From NCBI GenBank assembly GCA_044869275.1, contig JBIOXB010000060.1, positions 1 through 29,051 on the forward strand: DNA of 29,051 nt, read 5' to 3'. This DNA comes from a bacterium. Lineage in GTDB: Bacteria > Zhuqueibacterota > Zhuqueibacteria > Zhuqueibacterales > Zhuqueibacteraceae. The notes under the pieces were generated by a model that did no database searches, had not been told where the DNA came from, and saw only the letters and a list, made by a program, of their open reading frames with translations. Both the position numbers and the translations under genes were made by a program. This document shows positions 16,501-24,094 of the stretch, piece by piece. Every line of letters starts with the position of its first letter. The stretch's first letter is position 1.

Positions 16501-17613
16501 CGCGAGGCGCTCCACCCCTTCGACTTCGAACGTTCCCAAAATCTTGCCCAATAGCCGGCCGTCGTATTGTAAAGGCACGACGCGGCGCACTTCATGGCCT
16601 TCGAACTGCAAGCGCATCTGCCACGAGCCCGCCGCTTCATAGCTGGCGAGAATCGTGGACACGGGAACGATGAAATAAACGTTGCGAATTTCACCCGCAC
16701 GCCAGTCGAACGTCGGCGCTTCACCCACCAGTTTTCCTGAACGGGCCACCAAACGCGCCTGGCATTTGCCCAATGGCCGCTGCTGGGGATTGTACAACAA
16801 CGCCTTGAACTGCACCGCGGGCTGATTCTCGCGCGTGTACAGCGCACGGTCAACCGGTTCGATCGAACGAATGCGAATTTGTTCGGGATTCGCACGCGCG
16901 ATCATGGCCATGCGCTCCGGGGTTTCGGCCTGAACGACGAGATCGCTGCGCTGCAGAAATCGCGCGCTCAGGGTCCACTCGCCCACGCGGTTGAAAGTTT
17001 TGAAAAGCACACTGTTCCAGCCTTCGTGCAACGGCACGCGCACGGTGTCTTCACCGGCTCTGTGTGTGCGGTTCTCCATTTTTTCCCAGACCGCCTGCCC
17101 ATTTACACGCACCACCAGACGATCATCATAATTGACCGCCAGTGCAACGGTGTCCCGCTTGGGGCTGTTCACATAAAAGTGGGCATAGGCTACCGCTTGC
17201 TCGACCGGAAACAGATCCAACGTCAAGTCCAGGAAATCGAGCGCGGTCTCCGGCGTATTGTAATGACGCCACGGCCGACCGGCCGTCATCATCCCACCGT
17301 GCGGACGAATCTTGGCTTCGCTGGCAATATAGTCCGTATCGAAGCTGCGCCCGCCCTCGGTCGAGTACGTACCCAAAATCAACCATTCGCGCACAGCTTG
17401 TGCCTGAACCTGGGAAATGCCAAGCAGGCAAAGGAGCATCGTTGTCAAAGAACTCTTTCTAAGCGATCGCCCAAACGGCGATAGACGTAAAAGCGCGCCA
17501 TGATTGGATGCTAGGCGAGAGGCTTTATCAATGTTCCTCAGCCAGCAAAGGCGCGACGCTTTTTGACGAATGTTCACCATTCCCTGGTTTTGGTGCAAGA
17601 ATCTCAAGAACAT
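13507..17613 (-). CDS. Large GH38 alpha-mannosidase homologue with PA14-like and jelly-roll N-terminal domains; predicted catalytically inactive
   Basis: [36 protein letters not shown] and [15 protein letters not shown] GH38 blocks; degenerate active site; AGGAGG 8 nt upstream of the ATG at 17613; signal-like [12 protein letters not shown] near aa 60-71. Confidence 0.9.
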   Translation of the reverse strand: [1368 protein letters not shown]

Positions 17614-17720
17614 GAGATCAGCCTCCTGGCGGTTTTGCGGGATGCCATTTTCCGTTTACACGGTGCGGTTCGAGTGAAAGCGGCCGGAATTTGCACATCC
17701 GAAAAAATTACAGACGAATA

Positions 17721-17749
17721 AATATACTCAACTTTTTAGCGGCCTACAA
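17721..17749 (-). promoter_or_regulatory. Sigma-70 promoter upstream of the GH38 pair
   Basis: TTGTAG-N17-TATATT. Confidence 0.55.
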
Positions 17750-17871
17750 GATGTTTGTACCGCTAATCAGTCGAAATTGAAGAAAAATAGTCGTATGAGT
17801 ATCATGAGTGTCCTTTTGTACACATTTTAAAAAATTTCAATCGAAGCCGGAGTGACAATGCTGACCAAGGG

Positions 17872-18825
17872 TCATGCAGAGTCGGCACGGCGATGCCGCC
17901 AGCGATCCAGCGCCACAGCCAGGACGATGATGAGGCCAGTGACGATTTGTTGCACCCAATTTGGCAACTCCAGCTTGGTGCAGCCATTGTCGATGACCGT
18001 CATGATCAACGCGCCAATTAAACTGCCGAGCACGGTTCCCTCTCCACCCGACAAGCTGCCGCCGCCGATCACCACCGCCGCGATGACGTCCAATTCCTTA
18101 CCCTCCGCGGTCGTAGGGTCGCCAATCGTCAGATAAGAAAACTGCAGGATGCCCGCGAGCGCGGCAAACGTCGAGCACAGCATGTATACCATCGTTTTTG
18201 TTCGATTCACCGGCACACCGCAAAGCCGCGCGGTTTGTTCATTCGACCCAAGCGCAAAGATGTGCCGCCCAAGCTGGGTGTAACGTAAAACGCCGGCAAC
18301 GAGCAGCGCGAGCAGAAGCATCATCCACACGCCCGGCGGCAAGAGCTGCCACTGCTGCGCCTCCGGCAGCTTGGTCAGCAATAAGTTCAACCAGGTGCTT
18401 GCCGGATAGACCGGGGTTTCATTCACCATTCCTTTGGCCGTGCCACGGAGAATCGCCAACATGCCGAGGGTCACGATAAAAGGCGCAAGCCGCAGGCGCG
18501 TGATGAGCAAGCCGATCACGGCGCCACACAGCGTGCCCATCAGCACGCCGCCCAGAGCGGCAAGGGCAGGAGAAAAACTCTGCTCGAGCAGCACGCCTAC
18601 GGTGACGACACTGAGCGCGATCGCCGAGCCTACGGACAAATCGATGCCGCCGCTGATGATGACCATCGTCATGCCGAGCGCCGCGATACCGACCACTGCC
18701 GTTTGCAGCATCATAATCTGCAAATTGTCCATGGTCAGAAACGTCTTCGGCCGCAGCGCCGCGAACAGAGTGAAAACAATCATCAATCCGAGCAAAGGCC
18801 CGAGTTTTCTCAGCCAGTCTTTCAT
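17872..18825 (-). CDS. Monosaccharide ABC transporter permease (RbsC-like)
   Basis: IISGGIDLSVGS, PFIVTLG, GSNEQTARLCG, ELDVIAAVVIGGGSLSGG. Confidence 0.95.
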   Translation of the reverse strand: MKDWLRKLGPLLGLMIVFTLFAALRPKTFLTMDNLQIMMLQTAVVGIAALGMTMVIISGGIDLSVGSAIALSVVTVGVLLEQSFSPALAALGGVLMGTLCGAVIGLLITRLRLAPFIVTLGMLAILRGTAKGMVNETPVYPASTWLNLLLTKLPEAQQWQLLPPGVWMMLLLALLVAGVLRYTQLGRHIFALGSNEQTARLCGVPVNRTKTMVYMLCSTFAALAGILQFSYLTIGDPTTAEGKELDVIAAVVIGGGSLSGGEGTVLGSLIGALIMTVIDNGCTKLELPNWVQQIVTGLIIVLAVALDRWRHRRADSA

Positions 18826-20333
18826 GAGCTTCCCGTCGCCTCTTGCATGATGTGACGTTCGTCAGTTTCTTCAACACGGCGGGCGGGATGCAGGTGGCCG
18901 CGGCACATCACCGCCACACGATCACACACGCCCAACAGTTCGGGTAAATAACCGCTGACCATCAAAATGGCCTTTCCCTGCCCGGCCAAGGCGTTGATCA
19001 ACCGGTAGATTTCAGCCTTGGAGCCCACGTCAATTCCGCGCGTCGGTTCATCGAGCAGGAGCACCTCCGCCTCGTGCTGGAGCAGGCGCGCCAGGGCGAC
19101 TTTTTGTTGGTTGCCGCCGGATAAATTGCCAATGATTTGGCGTGGACTGCGGCATTTGATTTGTAAACGCTCGATCCACCTTCCGGCCGCGGCGTATTGG
19201 CGGCGGGGTATCACCAGGCCGGCGGGGCCAAATCCGCGCAATCGCGACAGCATCATATTATCAGCGATGGACAACGAAAACGCCAAGCCTTCGGCCTTGC
19301 GATCTTCACTGACCATGCCCATGCCCTGCATCCAGCGCCGTGCCGGTGAGCATGGGCCAATGTAAGCACCGAGCTTGATTTCACCACGGCGAATAGGATC
19401 AAGTCCGAACACAGCGCGCAGCAGCTCGGTGCGTCCCGCGCCCACCAGCCCTGCAATGCCGAGCACTTCACCGCGATGGAGAGTCAGTGAGGCCGAGGCA
19501 GGTTTCCAGGTGCCGGCCAAATCATGAATCTGCAGCACCGCCTCGCCGGGCGTACGCAGCGAGCGAGGATACAGCTCCGTCATCTCGTGCCCAACCATGA
19601 GTGCGATGATTTCCTGTGCGGAGACGGCAGCCGTCTGGCCCTCGCCCACACTTTTGCCATCGCGCAACACCGTGAAACGGTCGGAGATTTCTTTGACCTC
19701 TTCCAAAAAATGCGAGATGAAGATGAGGGCATGGCCCTCCTGTTTCAACCGGCGGGCCAAGGCAAAGAGCCGTTGAATATCTTCTGCCGCCAGGCTGCTG
19801 GTGGGCTCATCGAGTACCAGCACGCGGCAACCCACAGCGAGGGCTCGTGCAATCTCGACGAGTTGGCGCATGGCAAGGGATAGCCGACCGACGCGAAGCT
19901 CCGGACGGAGATTGGGATGGCCAAGCTGCGCGAGCGCCTCCAACGCTCGCCGCCGCATCTCGGCACGGCGTACGAACCCAAACCGCACCGGCTCCATGCC
20001 GAGCATGATGTTCTCGGCCACCGACAAGTGCGGCGCCAGCGAGAGTTCTTGGTAAATCATGGCCACCCCCGCGGTACGCGCGCCATGCGGGTCATGCGGA
20101 CGATAGGGCTGGCCGTCCAGCCACATCTCGCCGGCATCGGGTTGGTGCGCGCCCGAAAGCACTTTCATCAGCGTGCTCTTGCCCGCACCGTTCTCGCCGA
20201 CCAGCGCGAGAATCTCCCCGGCACCCACGGACAAGTCCACGCCTGCGAGGGCAATTGTCGCTCCAAAGCGCTTGCGGATTCCGCGCATCTGCAGACGGGG
20301 GGGCGATTGTTGTATGCTTACTTGTTCAGCCAT
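18822..20333 (-). CDS. Monosaccharide ABC transporter ATP-binding protein with two NBDs (RbsA-like)
   Basis: GENGAGKST, LDEPT, GLVGAGRTE, LSGGNQQK, LDEPTRGID; ATGA overlap with the permease gene. Confidence 0.95.
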   Translation of the reverse strand: MAEQVSIQQSPPRLQMRGIRKRFGATIALAGVDLSVGAGEILALVGENGAGKSTLMKVLSGAHQPDAGEMWLDGQPYRPHDPHGARTAGVAMIYQELSLAPHLSVAENIMLGMEPVRFGFVRRAEMRRRALEALAQLGHPNLRPELRVGRLSLAMRQLVEIARALAVGCRVLVLDEPTSSLAAEDIQRLFALARRLKQEGHALIFISHFLEEVKEISDRFTVLRDGKSVGEGQTAAVSAQEIIALMVGHEMTELYPRSLRTPGEAVLQIHDLAGTWKPASASLTLHRGEVLGIAGLVGAGRTELLRAVFGLDPIRRGEIKLGAYIGPCSPARRWMQGMGMVSEDRKAEGLAFSLSIADNMMLSRLRGFGPAGLVIPRRQYAAAGRWIERLQIKCRSPRQIIGNLSGGNQQKVALARLLQHEAEVLLLDEPTRGIDVGSKAEIYRLINALAGQGKAILMVSGYLPELLGVCDRVAVMCRGHLHPARRVEETDERHIMQEATGSS

Positions 20334-20438
20334 TCCTCTTCACCACGGTTAGACATACCATCCGGCGGACCGGAGTACAAACGGCGAGTCACAGCTTGCA
20401 GCAGGTCGAGAGAAGACTTTGGAGGTTCTTAAGAATTC

Positions 20439-20467
20439 ATGGTAAGAAGAAATTTCCTTTTAGTCAA
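20439..20467 (-). promoter_or_regulatory. Sigma-70 promoter for the ABC ATPase-permease genes
   Basis: TTGACT-N17-TACCAT. Confidence 0.65.
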
Positions 20468-20566
20468 AATCTTCACACGCCCCAGTGGCGTGGTGCAGCA
20501 CGCTGCAATCCAAGGTATGATTAGAAATTAGCCGTCTCACGTGAAGCATATCCTTCGTCTTGGCTC

Positions 20567-20595
20567 TTGCCTTTTCAAAAAATTTTCGGTATGTT
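20567..20595 (+). promoter_or_regulatory. Sigma-70 promoter for the ECF-kinase operon
   Basis: TTGCCT-N17-TATGTT. Confidence 0.5.
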
Positions 20596-20696
20596 AGACA
20601 AGTGATCGCCCTGCCTCCTGACCATAGGAGAAGCTTTTGAATCATTCTACGCCTTTGCCATAACCGCTGCCTTAGCCTCCGATTAGAATTCCGGCC

Positions 20697-21278
20697 ATGT
20701 TCACTCAAGCAGAAATCACCCAATTGCTTCTGCAATTGAATACTGGCGACAAGACGGCCAAGGACAAGCTGTTCGAGTACGTCTATCATGAATTACACCG
20801 GCAGGCCTCGGCTCAACTTCGCCAGGAGCGCCAGGGCCATACGCTGCAAACCACGGATCTGGTCCATGAAGCGTACCTCAAGCTTGTCGATCAAAAAGCA
20901 GTACAATGGCAGAATCGCGCCCATTTTTTCAGCATTGCTGCCCAGGCGATGCGCCGGATTCTGGTGGACTACGCCCGCAAACATCAAGCCGCCAAACGCG
21001 GCGGTGGCTTGCCCAAAATCTCTCTCGATCACGCTGCCGCCGTTTCGGAAGAGTACCCGGAAGAAATTGCCGCGCTGGACGAGGCCCTAACTCGTCTTAC
21101 CGCCTTCGACGAACGGCAGAGCCTGATCGTCGAACTGCGGTTCTTTGGTGGCCTGACCATCGAAGAGACGGCAGATTATTTGGGCCTCTCAGTCGCCACC
21201 GCAAAACGCGAATGGAGCACTGCGAAGGCGTGGCTATCCCGTGAAATAAAACAAACGCTCGCCGCAAATGACACCTGA
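20697..21278 (+). CDS. ECF sigma factor, kinase-associated TIGR02999-type
   Basis: EITQLL, HTLQTTDLVHEAYLKL, WQNRAHFF, AMRRILVDYAR, AAKRGG, VELRFFGGLT, KREWSTAKAWL. Confidence 0.95.
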   Translation: MFTQAEITQLLLQLNTGDKTAKDKLFEYVYHELHRQASAQLRQERQGHTLQTTDLVHEAYLKLVDQKAVQWQNRAHFFSIAAQAMRRILVDYARKHQAAKRGGGLPKISLDHAAAVSEEYPEEIAALDEALTRLTAFDERQSLIVELRFFGGLTIEETADYLGLSVATAKREWSTAKAWLSREIKQTLAANDT

Positions 21279-23877
21279 GCGCTGGCAACAGATTAAAGAG
21301 GTGTTTCAAGCTGCACTCGAGCACATGCCCGTCGCACGGCTGTCGTATCTCCACGCGGCCTGTGCCGAGGATTCAGCTTTGCGCGCCGAAGTCGAATCAC
21401 TGCTCGCCTCCTACGAGCAAGCACCGAGCTTCCTGGAAAGACCGGCCGGTGCCCTGCTCTCTCCGTTGCTGGCGGAGGAAGCGGCCGAATCCTTGCAGGG
21501 AAGTGGGATAGGCCCTTACCGTCTGCAGCAAGAGCTCGGGCGCGGCGGCATGGGACGGGTCTATCTCGCCCGCCGGGACGATGGCCAGTATCAAAAGCAA
21601 GTGGCGATCAAGCTCATCAAGCATGGCATGGACACGGACGGCGTGATGCGCCGATTCCGTCACGAGCGCCAGACCTTGGCAACCCTGGATCACGCCAACA
21701 TTGCGCGATTCTTGGATGGCGGCGTTACGGAGCAGGGCTTGCCCTACTTTGTCATGGAACACATCGAGGGCCTGCCGATAGATCTCTACTGCGATACGCA
21801 CAAACTCGATACCATCGCACGGCTGCGGCTTTTCCGGAGCGTCTGCGCAGCGGTCCATTACGCCCACCAAAACCTCATCGTTCATCGCGACCTCAAACCA
21901 GGCAATATTCTCGTCACTGCCGCAGGTGTGCCGAAGCTGCTCGACTTCGGCCTCGCCAAATTCCTGCAACCGGATCAATCGCCCCAAGCGCTCGCCATGA
22001 CCATGACCGGGGTGCGGCTCATGACGCCGGAATACGCCAGCCCGGAGCAGGTGCGGGGCGCGCCGATCACCACCGCAAGCGATGTCTACTCTCTCGGCGT
22101 ATTGCTCTATAAACTACTCACCGGCCACCGTCCCTACCGCCTGGCGCGTTTTTCTGCGCAAGAAATGAACGAGATCATTTGTGAACAACAACCGGAAAAA
22201 CCCAGCACGGCCATCAGCCGGGTGGAGATCGTGGGCGGGAAAAACGGCACGGCGCCGAGCACGATAACGCCGGAGACGGTCAGCAGCACTCGCGACGGCA
22301 GCCCCGAAAAGCTTCGCCGTCGTTTGCTGGGCGACTTGGACAATATCGTGCTCATGGCGTTGCGCAAAGAGCCGCAGCGGCGTTACGCCTCGGTGGAACA
22401 GCTCGCCGACGACATTCGCCGCTACCTGGAAGGTCTGCCCATCAGGGCGCACAAGGACACGCTCGGTTACCGCAGTGTCAAGTTCACCAAAAGGCACAAA
22501 GCCGGTGTGGCGGCGACGGTGTTGGTTCTGCTCATGCTATTTGCGGGAGTCGCGGGTGTGGGCTGGCAAGCAAGGATTGCCACGGAGGAAAGTCTCAAAG
22601 CGAAACTGGAAGCCGCGAAGGCGCAACAGATCAAGCGCTTTTTGCAGGAGATGCTTTCTGCCGTCGATCCGATAAAATCCGGCAAGGAAGCAAAAAACAT
22701 AACCGTCGCGGAAGTACTGGCGGAAGCGGCAAAGCGTGTGGACCAAGAATTGGCGGAGCAACCGGAAATCGCAGCGGAGGTGCGCACCACGATCGGGATC
22801 ACCTATCAAAATCTCGGAGATTACGATAAAGCAGAGCCCATGCTGCAAAGAGCCCTGGAGATGCGCCAGAGTCTTTACGGGAAGGAACATCAGGAGGTTG
22901 CCGCAAGCATAAAAAACTTGGGGCTCCTGCGGCACTATCAGGGGGATCTCAAAACCTCCGAGCCGCTTTACCAGCAGGCCATCTCGATGTATCGCACCCA
23001 CGGCGGCCAAGCCACGCGCGGCTTTGCTGAAGCCTTAAATGACTACGGGACATTGTTGAATGACCAAGGCCAGTACGAACAGGCAGAGGCCACTCTTCGG
23101 GAAGCACTGGGCTTGTATATACGACTATTGGGCAGTGTGCATCCAGAAGTTGCTTCGGCAACGAATAATCTGGCCTATGCCCTTCATGGCAAAGGCCAGC
23201 TTGACAGCGCGGAAGTGCTGTACCGCAATGCCCTAACTATCTTTGAGAAAACGTATGGCCATGAGCATCCCGACGTAGCACATGCGCTGAACAATCTGGC
23301 CTTTGTCTTGCATGAAAAAGGTGAGCTCGACGCCGCGACCGACCTTTTTCAAGAGTCGTTGACCATTCGCCGCCAATTGCTGGGAAACGACCACCCGGAA
23401 GTGGCCATGGCCGTGCACAATCTGGCAGGGATTTTATATCATCAGAAAAAATTCTTGCAAGCCGAACGCATGATCCGAGAGGCCATTGCTTCCTGGGAGA
23501 GGGCTGTGCCCGAGAACCATCCCCATTTGGCTAATTCACTCTTTTGGCAAGGCAGGATTTTAATGGCTTTGGGCGAATCAAAAAAAGCTGAAGCGCCTCT
23601 GCGGAAATCTCTTCAAATTCGCCAGGCAGTCTATTCCAAAGACCATTTCCTCATTGCCAAGGCGCAGATTGAGCTGGGAGCCAATCTTTTGCGGCAGCGG
23701 CGTTATGATGAAGCAGAAGCGTTATTACAGCAAGGGTGCACAACTTTGAAAGCCACCACTGGCAATCAGCCCCAGGACGAACGTGAATGTTTGCAGTTGC
23801 TTGACGATTTGTACCACGCCAGGGGAAAGCCGGGAGCCACGACAGCAGCAGTTGATTCGCTTCTGCGCAAACCGTGA
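21268..23877 (+). CDS. Membrane Hanks-type Ser/Thr kinase with C-terminal TPR repeats
   Basis: MTPERWQQI N-terminus, GRGGMG, VAIK, HRDLKPGN, DFG, TPEYASPE, one TM helix (GVAATVLVLLMLFAGVAGV), repeated HP.VA..LNNLA TPR units; 11-nt overlap with the ECF gene. Confidence 0.95.
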   Translation: MTPERWQQIKEVFQAALEHMPVARLSYLHAACAEDSALRAEVESLLASYEQAPSFLERPAGALLSPLLAEEAAESLQGSGIGPYRLQQELGRGGMGRVYLARRDDGQYQKQVAIKLIKHGMDTDGVMRRFRHERQTLATLDHANIARFLDGGVTEQGLPYFVMEHIEGLPIDLYCDTHKLDTIARLRLFRSVCAAVHYAHQNLIVHRDLKPGNILVTAAGVPKLLDFGLAKFLQPDQSPQALAMTMTGVRLMTPEYASPEQVRGAPITTASDVYSLGVLLYKLLTGHRPYRLARFSAQEMNEIICEQQPEKPSTAISRVEIVGGKNGTAPSTITPETVSSTRDGSPEKLRRRLLGDLDNIVLMALRKEPQRRYASVEQLADDIRRYLEGLPIRAHKDTLGYRSVKFTKRHKAGVAATVLVLLMLFAGVAGVGWQARIATEESLKAKLEAAKAQQIKRFLQEMLSAVDPIKSGKEAKNITVAEVLAEAAKRVDQELAEQPEIAAEVRTTIGITYQNLGDYDKAEPMLQRALEMRQSLYGKEHQEVAASIKNLGLLRHYQGDLKTSEPLYQQAISMYRTHGGQATRGFAEALNDYGTLLNDQGQYEQAEATLREALGLYIRLLGSVHPEVASATNNLAYALHGKGQLDSAEVLYRNALTIFEKTYGHEHPDVAHALNNLAFVLHEKGELDAATDLFQESLTIRRQLLGNDHPEVAMAVHNLAGILYHQKKFLQAERMIREAIASWERAVPENHPHLANSLFWQGRILMALGESKKAEAPLRKSLQIRQAVYSKDHFLIAKAQIELGANLLRQRRYDEAEALLQQGCTTLKATTGNQPQDERECLQLLDDLYHARGKPGATTAAVDSLLRKP

Positions 23878-23891
23878 CGGGACAAAATACG

Positions 23892-23932
23892 GCCATCGCT
23901 CGGTTCATCCCCCCGTTGAGCCAAGCGATGGC
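23892..23932. terminator. Strong hairpin just after the kinase stop codon (terminator- or stabiliser-like)
   Basis: GCCATCGCT-C-GGTTCA / TGAGCC-A-AGCGATGGC stem; followed on the minus strand by cgTATTTTGT. Confidence 0.45.
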
Positions 23933-24044
23933 GCGAAAACTTCATGATGCGCATAAAACGGATACTGTTTGTTCGCTGCTTCCTTCTATAAGATAACGCG
24001 AAAAAACGCCGGCAAAGGGCTCACGGAGCAGAAGAAAAGGCGGG

Positions 24045-24065
24045 AAAAAAAACAAGCGAGCTTGC
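24045..24065 (-). terminator. Possible intrinsic terminator after the DUF6786-like gene
   Basis: GCAAG-CTCG-CTTG followed by a run of 8 T on the minus strand; the stem is short. Confidence 0.4.
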
Positions 24066-24094
24066 AACGAGGTTGTGACAGGCTCCGGTCGAGA

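Noticed and set aside
17872..20333. Calling the ABC genes rbsA/rbsC or rhamnose-specific
   Set aside because: Family is clear but specificity is not; the rhaD context is only suggestive.
20460..20789. 109-aa minus-strand ORF in the divergent promoter region
   Set aside because: Overlaps the ECF start and both predicted promoters; no recognisable domain.
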